Source: Rickettsiales bacterium (GTDB lineage Bacteria; Pseudomonadota; Alphaproteobacteria; Rickettsiales; UBA6187). Taken from it: 64,000 nt of DNA. Made by a program: the position numbers and the translations under genes. The stretch covers positions 5,537-69,536 of the forward strand of contig JAOIVE010000003.1 of assembly GCA_028223895.1 (NCBI GenBank), in the 5' to 3' direction. The notes under the pieces were generated by a model. It was not told the origin of the DNA and made no database searches. It worked only from the letters and a program-made list of their open reading frames with translations. Positions 35,455 through 46,603 of this stretch are shown here, one piece after another. Each line of letters begins with the position of its first letter. Position 1 is the stretch's first letter.

Positions 35455-35925
35455 ATGAGTACTTATAGTGCAAAACCTTCAGAAATAGAGCGTAAATGGT
35501 TTGTAATTGACGCTGAAGATTTGATTCTTGGTCGTGTTGCCTCAGAGGTTTCTATGATCTTAAGAGGAAAGAGAAAAGCTACATACACTCCTAGTATGGA
35601 TTGTGGTGATAATGTAATTGTTATCAATGCAGGTAAGATTGCTTTAACTGGCAATAAATTGCAGGATAAAAAATATTACTGGCATACTGGTTATCCTGGT
35701 GGGATTAAAGAGCGTAATGCCGCTAAGATTTTGGGCGACAAATATCCGGAGCGTGTTTTCATAAAAGCTGTTGAGCGTATGATTTCCCGTAATCCTTTGG
35801 GTCGTGCTCAAATGCGTAAATTGCATGTTTATAGCGGTTCAGAGCATCCTCATGCTGCTCAAAAGCCAGAAGTTATTGATTTTGGCGCGCAAAATAAGAA
35901 AAATAAAAAACGTGAAAATAATTAG
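35455..35925 (+). CDS. rplM: 50S ribosomal protein L13
   Basis: [20 protein letters not shown]...[12 protein letters not shown]. Confidence 0.95.
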   Translation: MSTYSAKPSEIERKWFVIDAEDLILGRVASEVSMILRGKRKATYTPSMDCGDNVIVINAGKIALTGNKLQDKKYYWHTGYPGGIKERNAAKILGDKYPERVFIKAVERMISRNPLGRAQMRKLHVYSGSEHPHAAQKPEVIDFGAQNKKNKKRENN

Positions 35926-35937
35926 GACTGATAGATT

Positions 35938-36381
35938 ATGACAGCGCAAGTTGAAGTTCAAGTTGAAGAAGAAAGAAAACCAAATATCGATAAGTTAGGC
36001 AGATCATATGCTACGGGTCGTCGTAAAGAGTCAAGCTCTCGTGTTTGGGTTAAATCTGGAACAGGAAAAGTTACTGTAAACGGTAAAGATATCACTACAT
36101 ATTTTGGTCGTCCTGTTTTAAGAATGATTGTTAATCAGGTTTTTGCTGTTACTTCAAGACAAGGCAATTTTGATGTGTTTTGTACAGTTAAAGGCGGTGG
36201 CTTATCTGGTCAGGCTGGAGCGATTCGTCATGGTATAGCAAGAGCTTTGGATCAGTTTGATCCAACATTGCACACTGCATTAAAAAAGGCGGGATTCCTT
36301 ACTCGTGATAGTCGTGCTGTTGAGCGTAAGAAACCTGGTCGTGCTAAAGCTCGTAAGAAGTTCCAGTTCTCAAAACGTTAG
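35938..36381 (+). CDS. rpsI: 30S ribosomal protein S9
   Basis: [14 protein letters not shown]...[19 protein letters not shown]...KKFQFSKR. Confidence 0.95.
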   Translation: MTAQVEVQVEEERKPNIDKLGRSYATGRRKESSSRVWVKSGTGKVTVNGKDITTYFGRPVLRMIVNQVFAVTSRQGNFDVFCTVKGGGLSGQAGAIRHGIARALDQFDPTLHTALKKAGFLTRDSRAVERKKPGRAKARKKFQFSKR

Positions 36382-36409
36382 GATGCTTTTTGGCATTTTG
36401 GAAAAAATC

Positions 36410-36440
36410 AAGGCATCTCTATTTGGGGATGCCTTTTTTA
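36410..36440 (+). terminator. Rho-independent terminator after rpsI
   Basis: AAGGCATC-tctatttgg-GGATGCCTT followed by TTTTT. Confidence 0.6.
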
Positions 36441-36575
36441 TTAATTAAATTAAAAATAGTCTAAATTTGATTTTTTGAGGGTTATTAAACCGATTTGATG
36501 ATGCAATAAGTAAATATAAATACTATTATGTTTTTCATCTTATGCCAAATTGGCATTATTTAAAGAGTTGTAGAT

Positions 36576-37628
36576 ATGGGAAATGAAAATAAGAATATAA
36601 ATGCGGTTATTATAGGGGCTAGTGGCTATACCGGAGTTGAGTTATTAAGGATTTTATTGAACCACCCATTTGTAAATATAGTAAATTTAGTTGCAGAAAG
36701 CAGTGCCGGAAAGAAGATAGACGAAATATACCCGCATTTGAGAGGCTATGATCTTCCCGTAATTATAAAATTATCAGAAATTTCTTGGGAAAATATAGAT
36801 GTGGCATTTTGTTGTTTGCCGCATGCTACTTCTCAGGAAGTTATAAAATTGCTGCCTGAAAATATAAAGATAATAGATTTATCGGCGGATTTTAGGTTAT
36901 ATGATCCTAAGACATATGAGCAATGGTATGGACATCCGCATTTGGCGCCTGAATTACAGGAAGAGGCTGTTTATGGCTTAACTGAACTTTTTAGAAAGAC
37001 GATAAAAGAGTCTAGACTTGTTGCTTGTCCGGGTTGTTATCCAACGAGTGCCTTATTGCCTCTTATTCCGCTATTGAAAAATAATTTAATAAGTCCTGAA
37101 AATATAATAATAGACTCAAAGTCTGGAGTAACAGGAGCTGGCAGGTCTGCAAAGCAGACTAATTTATTTACTGAAGTAAATGAAGGAGTAAAGGCTTATG
37201 CAGTTTGTCAGCATAGGCATATGCCTGAGATAGAACAAATTTTATCGGCTGTTAGCGATGACGATATAACCGTTACTTTTTCTCCGCATTTGGTTCCTAT
37301 GAGCCGTGGTATAATATCAACCATCTATGTTAATACGCAAAAAGATGTAACAGATACTGATATAAAAAATGCTCTTATTGAAAGATATAACGAGGAAGAA
37401 TTTATAGATATACGTGATGATGGTATATTGCCTAATACCAGGGATGTTCATGGCACGAATAAATGTATTATTTCTGTTTGTAAGGGAAGAAGTGCCAATC
37501 AGGTGGTAATAGTTTCAGTGATTGATAACCTTGCTAAGGGTTCTTCCGGCCAGGCAGTTCAAAATATGAATGTTATGTTTGGCTATCCTGAAAAAACAGC
37601 ACTGGAATTTGTTCCAACTTTCCCGTAA
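36576..37628 (+). CDS. argC: N-acetyl-gamma-glutamyl-phosphate reductase
   Basis: IGASGYTGVELLRIL and active-site PGCYPTSALL. Confidence 0.92.
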   Translation: MGNENKNINAVIIGASGYTGVELLRILLNHPFVNIVNLVAESSAGKKIDEIYPHLRGYDLPVIIKLSEISWENIDVAFCCLPHATSQEVIKLLPENIKIIDLSADFRLYDPKTYEQWYGHPHLAPELQEEAVYGLTELFRKTIKESRLVACPGCYPTSALLPLIPLLKNNLISPENIIIDSKSGVTGAGRSAKQTNLFTEVNEGVKAYAVCQHRHMPEIEQILSAVSDDDITVTFSPHLVPMSRGIISTIYVNTQKDVTDTDIKNALIERYNEEEFIDIRDDGILPNTRDVHGTNKCIISVCKGRSANQVVIVSVIDNLAKGSSGQAVQNMNVMFGYPEKTALEFVPTFP

Positions 37629-37659
37629 TATGACTTGTTTTTAAAAAGAGGTTAGATTG

Positions 37660-38313
37660 ATGTCTGATTTATATGAAGAAATAAAAGAAGATATTGCCAG
37701 CGAACGTTATGCAAAGATCTGGAATAAATATGGAAATATGTTTATAGGATTTGCGGTGTTAATTGTTATGGCAACGGCATTGGGCGTTTACTGGAATAAT
37801 AGTCGTGTTAAGAGCGTAACATCTGCCGGTGATGATTTATATGAGGCATCTATAGCTGCGCGTAAGGATAACTTTTCTAAGGCTGAAGAAATTTATAATA
37901 AGATAATTAAGAAGAATGTTAATAAAGGAACCGTAGCGGTTGCAAAATTACAAAATGCTGCCCAACTATATAAAGAAGGAAAAAAGCAGGAGGCAGCTCA
38001 GCAATATCTTGATATAAGTCAGGATGATTCAATTGGTCAGGAAATAAGGCATCTTGGTTCTTTATTATATCTTTATGCTTCTGCTGATCAGGGAAAAATA
38101 GAAAGTTTGGAAGATAAAATATCTAAAAAAGATAACCCATGGTACTATTCTGCTTTGGAATTTGAGGCATTTTATCTTTTATCTAACGATAAAAAAAATC
38201 AGGCTAAAGAAAAATTTGAAGAATTGATAGTATCTATGGATGCTCCTAAAACTATTAGAACGCGCGCAAGTGAAATGTTGCGTGTCTTATCTCAAAAAGA
38301 GGTTTTACAGTGA
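37660..38313 (+). CDS. YfgM-like membrane-anchored TPR protein
   Basis: A single N-terminal TM helix (FIGFAVLIVMATALGVYW) plus a helical repeat region. Conserved position upstream of bamB-der. Confidence 0.6.
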   Translation: MSDLYEEIKEDIASERYAKIWNKYGNMFIGFAVLIVMATALGVYWNNSRVKSVTSAGDDLYEASIAARKDNFSKAEEIYNKIIKKNVNKGTVAVAKLQNAAQLYKEGKKQEAAQQYLDISQDDSIGQEIRHLGSLLYLYASADQGKIESLEDKISKKDNPWYYSALEFEAFYLLSNDKKNQAKEKFEELIVSMDAPKTIRTRASEMLRVLSQKEVLQ

Positions 38314-39887
38314 TAAAAATAATAAAATTAATTATAGCTTTTTCCTTCCTTGTTGGTTGTCAGGCGACTTCTGACTATCTTGATAGTTTTACAACAGATG
38401 AAAGGTTAAAAGGCGAGAGATATTCTATATTGCAGGCAGAATCAAAAATCAGGCCTGATTATAGTATAGAAAATATGCAAGTTTATCTTCCTTATCCTGA
38501 AGAAAATAAGCGCTGGTATAAAAGTAGTGGCTTTAGTCTTTTGACTCCTGAGCATCCAAGAGCATCAAGATCTTTTACATTTGAAGGCTTTTCAAGTCGC
38601 TCTATGGGAAAAGGTAGCAAAAATGGTCAGCATCTGAGTGCTTCTCCGATAGTAGCTAAAGGAAAGGTTATATCTCTTGATGGAACAGGAGCGATAACTG
38701 CGGTTGATGCGCTTAATATAAAAAAGCAATATTGGCGCTATGAAAATGACGAGTGGAAATATGATATAAGCACTGACTTAAATAAAATCCGTCCAGCTTA
38801 TGCGGGCATGTCTTATTATGAAGATGTGATTTATGCAACTACCGGATATGATCAGGTTATAGCAATTAATATTGATAATGGTGAAGAAGTTTGGAAGCGT
38901 AAATTATCAGGCATAACACGCTCTGCACCTGCTGTACGTAATGGTCGTGTTTTTGTAATAACTGCTGAGAATAAGCTTTATGCAATAAGTGCCCGTGATG
39001 GTAGTATTTTATGGACGCATAGCGCAGTTGTGGAGGATATAAGTACTATTGGATCTGCTTCTCCTGTTGTTGTTGATAATTTGGTTCTGGTTCCTTATTC
39101 GTCTGGTGATTTATATGCTCTGGATGTAGAAACTGGTAAGGAAGTGTGGGCTGATTCATTTATTTCCGGCCGATCGGATATTTCCTCATATGAGGTGCAT
39201 GATATAAATACAACTCCTGTTGTTAGCCGTGGGAATGTATATATAATTAGTAATGATGGGGTTTTGGCTGCATCTGATGTTAAGACAGGCATAAGAATCT
39301 GGGAGCAGGATATTGCCGGCGATCAGGCTCCGTGGGTTGCAGGTGACTTTTTATTTGTGATAAATAATCTTAGTGAAGTAATATGCATACATACAAAAAC
39401 AGGCGGCGTGCGTTGGGTTAAGCAATTGCCTGAATATAAAAATGCTGATAGTAAAAGCGGAAAGATTAGATGGAGTGGCCCTGTTTTAGCAGGTGGTGAT
39501 TTGCTGGTTGTAGGTTCGCACGGCGTTCTCTCAAGAATTTCTCCGCAAACTGGGAAAATTTCTTCATCTGAGACAATTGATATTCCGGATAATATTTTTA
39601 TATCTCCAATAGTTGCTTATGACACAGTGTATCTATATAGTGACGATGCTAAGCTTCTTGCATTGCGTGGAAATGATATTTTGACGCTTGATAAGATCAC
39701 TGGTCAGCTTGATGAGGGTAATAAATCTGCCTCATCTAAGCAGGAAAATGAATCTCCAATATCTTTGGAGTCAGAATCGCTTGTTGATCAGATTATGCAA
39801 AAAGCAGGAAATATAAAATATAAAATAAAGAATGTTCTAACTGGTTCTGATAATCAAACTGACCCGGTTAAATCAGAAGGTAAGTAG
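38310..39887 (+). CDS. bamB: PQQ-like beta-propeller lipoprotein, BamB-like, with a C-terminal extension
   Basis: Lipobox FSFLVGCQ and repeated propeller blades (LYAISARDGSILW, LYALDVETGKEVW, VLAASDVKTGIRIW). yfgM-bamB-der synteny. Confidence 0.75.
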   Translation: MIKIIKLIIAFSFLVGCQATSDYLDSFTTDERLKGERYSILQAESKIRPDYSIENMQVYLPYPEENKRWYKSSGFSLLTPEHPRASRSFTFEGFSSRSMGKGSKNGQHLSASPIVAKGKVISLDGTGAITAVDALNIKKQYWRYENDEWKYDISTDLNKIRPAYAGMSYYEDVIYATTGYDQVIAINIDNGEEVWKRKLSGITRSAPAVRNGRVFVITAENKLYAISARDGSILWTHSAVVEDISTIGSASPVVVDNLVLVPYSSGDLYALDVETGKEVWADSFISGRSDISSYEVHDINTTPVVSRGNVYIISNDGVLAASDVKTGIRIWEQDIAGDQAPWVAGDFLFVINNLSEVICIHTKTGGVRWVKQLPEYKNADSKSGKIRWSGPVLAGGDLLVVGSHGVLSRISPQTGKISSSETIDIPDNIFISPIVAYDTVYLYSDDAKLLALRGNDILTLDKITGQLDEGNKSASSKQENESPISLESESLVDQIMQKAGNIKYKIKNVLTGSDNQTDPVKSEGK

Positions 39888-39892
39888 AAATA

Positions 39893-41257
39893 ATGTCATT
39901 TACAGTAGCAATCATTGGTCGTCCCAATGTTGGAAAGTCAACCCTGTTTAACAGGCTAACAGGCAGAAAACACGCAATTGTTGATAGCACTCCTGGTGTT
40001 ACAAGAGATCGTCGTGAGGGCAAGGGAAATATAGCATCTCTGGAGTTTAATGTTATAGATACTCCTGGTTTGGAAGAGTCTGATAAAAATGCTCTTGAAT
40101 ATAGAATGATGATGCAGACAGAGGCTGCAATTGACCAGTCAGATGTGTGTTTTATGGTTATTGATGGCCGCCTTGGAGTTACTCCTGTAGATAAATTTTT
40201 TGCCAGATGGTTGCGTAAAAAAGGCAAGGATGTGATAACAGTTGTCAATAAATGTGAAGGTTCGCACGGTGATGCCGGATATATAGAGGCAATAAGGCTA
40301 GGATTTTCTCATACAGTTCAGATTTCTGCTGAACATAATGAGGGTATGGGCGAGCTTTATGATGTTTTAGCTCCTTGTGAAGAAAAGTATAGAATTGATG
40401 CAGATGATTTAGATATAGAAAATGAGGATAACAAAGCAATTCAGATTGCCATAGTTGGTCGCCCTAATGTAGGAAAATCTACTTTAATGAATCAGCTATT
40501 GGGAGAAGATAGAGTTTTAACCGGGCCTGAAGCTGGTATAACTCGTGACTCTATCGCTATAGAAAAAGAATTATTTGGCAATAAAATTCGTCTTATAGAT
40601 ACGGCCGGTATTCGTAGAAAATCAAATGTGACAGGTGAGCTTGAGAAAATGTCGGTTGGAGATAGTTTTCGCGCTTTGCAATTTGCACATGTTGCGGTTT
40701 TAATGCTTGATGCTACATGCTCTTTTGAGAAGCAGGATTTGATTATTGCCGATAGAATTATAAAAGAGGGAAGGGCGGTTATAGTTGCCCTTAATAAGTG
40801 GGATTTAGTTAAAGATAAGAAAAAATTTATTGATGATATAAATTTTAAAATAGATGAGTGTTTGCCTGATATTAAAGGTGTAAAAATAGTGACTTTATCG
40901 GCTCTTAATGGTGTGCGCACAGATGAAATTATAAAGCAATCGATAAAGGCGTATGAAACCTGGAATATGAGAATATCCACCGCAAAATTAAATCAATGGC
41001 TTAAAGATAAGGAATCTGCACATTTACCTCCATTGGGTAAAAATAAGCGTCGTGTGAAATTAAAATATTTAACGCAAGGTAATACCAGGCCTCCGACATT
41101 CACTTTATTTAGTAATTTGCCTGCTGACCTTCCTGAAAGCTATCGTAGATATCTGATTAACGCCATGCGTGAGGATTTTAAACTAAATGGTGTACCGATG
41201 CGCTTAATGCTAAGGAAAAGCGATAACCCTTACGAAAATAAGCGTAAGAAAAAATAA
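39893..41257 (+). CDS. der: ribosome-associated GTPase Der (EngA)
   Basis: Two GTPase domains (GRPNVGKSTLFN and GRPNVGKSTLMN; DTPG/DTAG; NKCE/NKWD) plus a KH-like C-domain. Confidence 0.95.
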   Translation: MSFTVAIIGRPNVGKSTLFNRLTGRKHAIVDSTPGVTRDRREGKGNIASLEFNVIDTPGLEESDKNALEYRMMMQTEAAIDQSDVCFMVIDGRLGVTPVDKFFARWLRKKGKDVITVVNKCEGSHGDAGYIEAIRLGFSHTVQISAEHNEGMGELYDVLAPCEEKYRIDADDLDIENEDNKAIQIAIVGRPNVGKSTLMNQLLGEDRVLTGPEAGITRDSIAIEKELFGNKIRLIDTAGIRRKSNVTGELEKMSVGDSFRALQFAHVAVLMLDATCSFEKQDLIIADRIIKEGRAVIVALNKWDLVKDKKKFIDDINFKIDECLPDIKGVKIVTLSALNGVRTDEIIKQSIKAYETWNMRISTAKLNQWLKDKESAHLPPLGKNKRRVKLKYLTQGNTRPPTFTLFSNLPADLPESYRRYLINAMREDFKLNGVPMRLMLRKSDNPYENKRKKK

Positions 41258-41307
41258 AGTTATTTATTGGCGATTGATCATCTGATTGTTATTAATTTCT
41301 ATATTTC

Positions 41308-41337
41308 TTGCTGCTAAGTATAATTTTAGTGTATAAT
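41308..41337 (+). promoter_or_regulatory. possible sigma70 promoter for the pilin gene
   Basis: TTGCTG, an 18-nt spacer, then TATAAT (41332-41337), about 30 nt upstream of the start. Confidence 0.3.
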
Positions 41338-41368
41338 TAACGATACGGGGTTGTTTTTGGGGGAATAA

Positions 41369-41836
41369 TTGAAAAATCGTAAATGTTCATCAAGCCAAAG
41401 TGGCTTTACATTGATTGAATTATTGATAGTGGTGGCGATTCTTGGAATATTAACTGCTGTTGCCCTTCCTCAATATCAAGGTTATGTTGCGCAAGCCAAA
41501 ATTGGTGCTGTTAAAGGAAATCACAAAGCCATATTAAATTTAATATTAGGTGAATTTGCAAGATGTTCTGCCGGAGCTACAAATTCAACTATGGGCAGTG
41601 TAACTACTGCGTGTACTGAAGATGTTGATGTTTTTGCAGATGCTGTAAAAACATATATGGATGCTGAAAATGTGTTAAATCCATATGATCCGACTTTAAG
41701 CGCTCTTATTGTTGGGGCTGCTGGCACAACGCAAGGCTATAGTTATCTAACGGCAAACACTTCAAATGCGACAATAACCGTAACATCGGTTTATGAAACA
41801 GGTAGCTCTTTGTCTGGATATGCGGTGAAAGAATAG
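41369..41836 (+). CDS. pilA: type IVa pilin (PilA-like)
   Basis: SG|[27 protein letters not shown] is the classic type IV pilin alpha1-N. TTG start after GGGGGAA. Confidence 0.8.
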   Translation: MKNRKCSSSQSGFTLIELLIVVAILGILTAVALPQYQGYVAQAKIGAVKGNHKAILNLILGEFARCSAGATNSTMGSVTTACTEDVDVFADAVKTYMDAENVLNPYDPTLSALIVGAAGTTQGYSYLTANTSNATITVTSVYETGSSLSGYAVKE

Positions 41837-41843
41837 TTTATTT

Positions 41844-42563
41844 CTATCTAAGCATGAAATCAAGATTGTTGCCAATATCAAGAACTATCTTATGTGAGTT
41901 TTTAGGAAGATCTTCGAGGGTTTTTTCAAACTTATAGCTTTCTCCAGAATATATATTCTCACCTGAAGATTCTATATATGCTAAATGTATTTGTTTTTCT
42001 TCCTCATCATATACAGTGATCCTAAGCTTTGGAATTACTCTTGGGTCGCTTGATTCATTCATCAATGTGCCGGTTATTGATATATTGGGAGTTTTTTCTA
42101 AATCGATAGATGATTTTGCTGCAACTTCTTCATTCTCATCTTCTTGCGCAGTTTGAGCACTATTATCCGACCCTATACCTTTTATTTCAGGATCGTAAAA
42201 CGTAAATAGTGAAGTGTCATATATGCCAAAAATGCCATAATATCCAGATGTAAAACTACTTGAGCGAACTATGCCGCTTCCGTGGAAGAAGCTATATGTA
42301 AATATGAATATAAATACCATAAATCCACAAGCTGCTTTTGCCCAAATTGGGGCAGGGGGGCCAACTATAACAGGAACGTTTGAGCCTTTTGGAATAGGGC
42401 CGCTAGTGCCGCCGGTTTCCTCCATTGCCAACTCTTCTTCTGATGGAGGTTCAATATGCCATTTATGCTTACATTTGGCACAACGCACTTTGCGCCCTTC
42501 TGAGCCAACGGATTTAGCTTTTACTGCATATTTTGCATGACATGATGGGCAAACTAAAAGCAT
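41844..42563 (-). CDS. MJ0042-type zinc-ribbon protein with a TM segment and DUF3426-like C-domain
   Basis: MLLVCPSCHAKYAVK...RKVRCAKCKHKWHI, then one TM helix. Confidence 0.75.
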   Translation of the reverse strand: MLLVCPSCHAKYAVKAKSVGSEGRKVRCAKCKHKWHIEPPSEEELAMEETGGTSGPIPKGSNVPVIVGPPAPIWAKAACGFMVFIFIFTYSFFHGSGIVRSSSFTSGYYGIFGIYDTSLFTFYDPEIKGIGSDNSAQTAQEDENEEVAAKSSIDLEKTPNISITGTLMNESSDPRVIPKLRITVYDEEEKQIHLAYIESSGENIYSGESYKFEKTLEDLPKNSHKIVLDIGNNLDFMLR

Positions 42564-42762
42564 AACTAACTGTCACAATAAATTTATATTAGTGATGATA
42601 TAGCAAAAATAAATATGTTGCAATAGATTGCATAATTTGCAAATTATCTCAGCTATAGACTATTAGGGAAAAATAATGTATAATCCTCGCTCTTTGAAAA
42701 CGGAGATTAAACTGATGAACAGTGCAGCAGTAGAAACATTAATAATAAATCAGGATATTTAT

Positions 42763-43620
42763 ATGCCAGACGTTCAAAAGCAAATAATTGAGAATGCTTG
42801 GGAAAAGCGTAATGAAATTTCTATAGATACTACCGGTGAGATTCGCGATGCGGTTACTATAGTGCTTAATAATGTTGATGAAGGTAAGTTAAGAGTTTCA
42901 GAAAAAATAAATGGCCATTGGACTGTGAATCAGTGGGTTAAAAAAGCTATACTTTTATCATTCAGACTAAATGATATGGAGCTTATGGACGGTGGGCCAA
43001 GATCTTCTGGTGAGGCGTGTGCATGGTATGATAAAGTTCCATCAAAATTTTTAGGCTGGAGCGAGAAAGATTTTAAACAGGCGGGGTTCCGTGCAGTTCC
43101 TGGTTGTTTTGTGCGTCATGGTTCTTATGTGGCACCAGATGTAGTATTAATGCCAAGTTTCGTTAATCTTGGTGCTTATGTTGGGCGTGGAACTATGGTT
43201 GACACATGGGCAACTATTGGAAGTTGTGCTCAGATTGGTAAAAATTGCCATATTTCTGGTGGTGCTGGAATCGGAGGTGTTTTAGAGCCTCTACAAGCAA
43301 ATCCTGTTATTATTGAGGATAATTGCTTTATTGGCGCGCGTAGTGAAATTGCTGAAGGCGTTATTATAGAAGAAGGCTCTGTGATTTCTATGGGCGTATT
43401 TATTGGCGCTTCTACAAAAATAGTTGATCGCACTACAGGTGAAGTTTTCAGAGGTCGTGTTCCTGCTTATTCGGTTGTTGTTCCTGGTAGTATTCCTGGA
43501 AAACAACGTGAAGATGGAAGTTTTGAGCCATCTCTTTATGCTGCTGTGATAGTAAAAAGAGTGGATGAAAAGACACGTTCTAAAACTTCTATAAATGAGC
43601 TTTTGCGCTCTGGAGAGTAA
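42763..43620 (+). CDS. dapD: 2,3,4,5-tetrahydropyridine-2,6-dicarboxylate N-succinyltransferase
   Basis: IENAWEKR..., [16 protein letters not shown], and hexapeptide repeats. The ATG at 42763 gives the normal length of about 285 aa (the ORF is open from 42676). Confidence 0.9.
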   Translation: MPDVQKQIIENAWEKRNEISIDTTGEIRDAVTIVLNNVDEGKLRVSEKINGHWTVNQWVKKAILLSFRLNDMELMDGGPRSSGEACAWYDKVPSKFLGWSEKDFKQAGFRAVPGCFVRHGSYVAPDVVLMPSFVNLGAYVGRGTMVDTWATIGSCAQIGKNCHISGGAGIGGVLEPLQANPVIIEDNCFIGARSEIAEGVIIEEGSVISMGVFIGASTKIVDRTTGEVFRGRVPAYSVVVPGSIPGKQREDGSFEPSLYAAVIVKRVDEKTRSKTSINELLRSGE

Positions 43621-43704
43621 AATTTCTGTAGATTGGCTTGATCCTGAATCTTATTATATGTTAGATTCACGTTTGTCGTGATAACTTTAAGTAAGATGGT
43701 AAAA

Positions 43705-44865
43705 ATGTCTATAGACCCAATAGAACTTTCTAAGGATTTAATTTCCTGTCCAAGTGTTACTCCCGCTGATGAGGGAGCTTTGCAGGTTTTGCAAAGCGCT
43801 TTGGAGTCAATGGGTTTTAAATGCGACAGGGTTACTTTTAGCGATGATCAAGCTCCTTCTGTAGATAATCTTTATGCGCGTTTAGGAGAGGATGGGCCTA
43901 ATTTATGTTTTGCAGGCCATACTGATGTTGTTCCTCCTGGCAATTTAGATGATTGGCAGAGTAATCCTTTTAAGCCAGAAATTCGCGATGGTGTGCTATA
44001 TGGGCGTGGCGTTGTCGATATGAAATGTGCAATTGCCTGTTTTGCCGCTGCTGTTTCGCGTTATCTGGAAAATAATAAATTAAAAGGAAGTATTAGTTTT
44101 CTTATCACTGGAGACGAAGAGGGTGATGCTATAAATGGTACTAAGAAACTTCTGCAACATATTGAAAATAAAGGTGAAAAGATTGATGCTTGTATAGTTG
44201 GTGAGCCAACTTCTGAAAATCAGGTTGGTGACACTATAAAGATTGGCCGTCGTGGTTCTGTAACTTTTGATTTGTTGCTAATAGGAAAACAAGGACATGT
44301 TGCATATCCGCATTTGGCTGATAATCCAATTAGTAGATTAACACGCATTTTACATGAGCTTGACTCGCATGAGCTTGATAGCGGTACGGAATATTTTCAG
44401 CCATCAAATCTGGAAATTGTAGGATTTGAGGTTGATAATAAAACTGATAATGTAATTCCTGCTGTTGCAAGGGCAAAGTTTAATATACGTTTTAATGATA
44501 AGCATAAATCAGCCACTTTAATAAAGTGGGTGGAGGGAATATGTGAATCAATATGCGAGGTTGGAGATGCCTCTTTTGAATTAAAATATCGTGTTTCTGG
44601 GGAATCATTTCTAACAAAGCCAGGAGAGCTTAGCTCCATTGTCCAGTCATCGGTTGATAAAATTGCAAAAATTGAAGGCAAATTAAGTACGGCGGGTGGA
44701 ACTTCTGATGCCCGTTTTATCAAGGATTTTTGTCCAGTAGTAGAGATTGGCCTTTTAAATGCTACAGCCCATAAAGTTGATGAGTCAGCACCAGTTGCTG
44801 ATATTGAACTTCTTGCTGATATTTATGCGGATGTTATAGAGTCATATTTTAAACAAATCTTGTAA
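43705..44865 (+). CDS. dapE: succinyl-diaminopimelate desuccinylase
   Basis: M20 motifs FAGHTDVVP, GRGVVDMK and ITGDEEG. The start is chosen at MSIDPIEL (the ORF is open from 43678). Confidence 0.9.
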   Translation: MSIDPIELSKDLISCPSVTPADEGALQVLQSALESMGFKCDRVTFSDDQAPSVDNLYARLGEDGPNLCFAGHTDVVPPGNLDDWQSNPFKPEIRDGVLYGRGVVDMKCAIACFAAAVSRYLENNKLKGSISFLITGDEEGDAINGTKKLLQHIENKGEKIDACIVGEPTSENQVGDTIKIGRRGSVTFDLLLIGKQGHVAYPHLADNPISRLTRILHELDSHELDSGTEYFQPSNLEIVGFEVDNKTDNVIPAVARAKFNIRFNDKHKSATLIKWVEGICESICEVGDASFELKYRVSGESFLTKPGELSSIVQSSVDKIAKIEGKLSTAGGTSDARFIKDFCPVVEIGLLNATAHKVDESAPVADIELLADIYADVIESYFKQIL

Positions 44866-44914
44866 TATTGGTCAGTTTCGTCTATAAGGCAGCATAAATT
44901 CAAGGGCTTGTATT

Positions 44915-46465
44915 ATGGACGAAAAAATTCTTATTGTTGATTTTGGATCTCAGGTAACTCAGCTTATAGCTCGTCGTGTGCGCGAGGCTGGAACATATTG
45001 CGAGATTCATCCATATAATAAAATTACGCCGGAATTTGTTGACGATTTTGATCCTAAGGGAATTATTTTATCTGGCGGTCCTTCATCAGTAATTGATAAT
45101 TTTTCTCCATCAATTGATAAATTTATATTTAACCATAATGTTCCTGTTTTGGGAATTTGTTATGGCCAGCAATTAATGTGCAGCCTTTTAGGTGGCGCTG
45201 TTGAGTCGTCTGATCATCGTGAATTTGGGCGTGCATTTGTTGATGTTGTAGAAAATTCTGCCCTGTTTGAAGATGTTTGGAATCTTGGTGATCGAAAGCA
45301 GGTTTGGATGAGCCATGGTGATCGTGTAGAAAAAATACCTGAAGGGTTTAAGGTAGTAGCTCACTCTGCAGGTGCGCCGTTTGCGGCAATATCAAATGAA
45401 GAAAAAAAGTTTTATGCGGTTCAATTTCATCCTGAAGTTACTCATACTCCTGAAGGAAAATTATTGTTAAATAATTTCGTTAATAAAATATGTAAATGCT
45501 CATCAAAATGGAATATGGCTTCATTTGTTGAAACTGAAATAAATAAGATTCGTCAACAGGTTAAAGATAAAACTGTAATTTGTGGTGTAAGTGGTGGAGT
45601 TGATTCATCTGTTGTGGCATCCTTGTTGCATAAGGCACTGGGAACTCAGCTAAAATGCGTTTTTGTAGATACTGGACTGCTTAGAAAAGACGAAGGGTTA
45701 AAGGTTAAAGAGAGATTTGAAAAGAAGTTTCATATTCCTATAGTTTATGTTGATGCTTCAGAAAAATTTTTAGGATTGTTAGATGGAGTTTCTGATCCTG
45801 AAAAGAAGAGAAAAATTATTGGCGCTACATTTATTAATGTATTTGAAGAAGAAGCAAATAAAATTGGCGGAGCAGATTTCTTAGCTCAGGGTACTTTATA
45901 TCCAGATGTAATTGAGTCAGTTTCTGTGCATGGAGATGCAGCAGTTACTATAAAATCACATCATAATGTTGGTGGCTTGCCTGAGCGCATGAATATGGGG
46001 CTGGTCGAGCCTGTGCGTGAGTTATTTAAAGATGAGGTGAGGGATCTTGGAAGAGAGTTAGGGATGGATGAAGATCTGGTAAAGAGACATCCTTTTCCTG
46101 GCCCTGGTCTTGCAATTCGTATTCCAGGAGAAATTACTGCGGAAAAAGTAAAAATATTACAAGAGGCTGACGCGATATATCTCGATGAAATCCGCAAAGC
46201 CGGTTTATATGATGAAATATGGCAGGCATTTGCCGTGTTATTGCCAGTAAAAACAGTTGGTGTTATGGGTGATGCGCGCACATATGAGTATGTATGTGGG
46301 CTGAGAGCTGTTACATCTACTGATGGTATGACAGCTGATTTTTATGATTTTTCTCATGACTTTTTAAGAAATGTAAGTACTGCAATTATAAATAAAGTCA
46401 AAGGTGTGAATAGAGTAGTTTATGATGTAACTTCTAAGCCTCCGGGAACGATTGAGTGGGAATAA
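44915..46465 (+). CDS. guaA: glutamine-hydrolysing GMP synthase
   Basis: GATase [11 protein letters not shown]-loop [10 protein letters not shown], and C-terminal KPPGTIEWE. Confidence 0.95.
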   Translation: MDEKILIVDFGSQVTQLIARRVREAGTYCEIHPYNKITPEFVDDFDPKGIILSGGPSSVIDNFSPSIDKFIFNHNVPVLGICYGQQLMCSLLGGAVESSDHREFGRAFVDVVENSALFEDVWNLGDRKQVWMSHGDRVEKIPEGFKVVAHSAGAPFAAISNEEKKFYAVQFHPEVTHTPEGKLLLNNFVNKICKCSSKWNMASFVETEINKIRQQVKDKTVICGVSGGVDSSVVASLLHKALGTQLKCVFVDTGLLRKDEGLKVKERFEKKFHIPIVYVDASEKFLGLLDGVSDPEKKRKIIGATFINVFEEEANKIGGADFLAQGTLYPDVIESVSVHGDAAVTIKSHHNVGGLPERMNMGLVEPVRELFKDEVRDLGRELGMDEDLVKRHPFPGPGLAIRIPGEITAEKVKILQEADAIYLDEIRKAGLYDEIWQAFAVLLPVKTVGVMGDARTYEYVCGLRAVTSTDGMTADFYDFSHDFLRNVSTAIINKVKGVNRVVYDVTSKPPGTIEWE

Positions 46466-46603
46466 TATTTCTCCTTATTACAGGGTTTTATAAATATATT
46501 TATAACTTTTCCACTTATTGTTAGAAAAATTATTATTTGATTGTTGCGGTATAATTTATTTATACCTATCATCTGTTTATATAGATTCTTTGGGGGATTT
46601 GGT

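Noticed and set aside
41258-41368. A sigma54 promoter upstream of the PilA-like gene, as in many type IV pilin genes.
   Set aside because: No TGGCAC-N5-TTGC arrangement with correct GG/GC spacing is present. A sigma70-like TTGCTG-18-TATAAT fits better, though only weakly.
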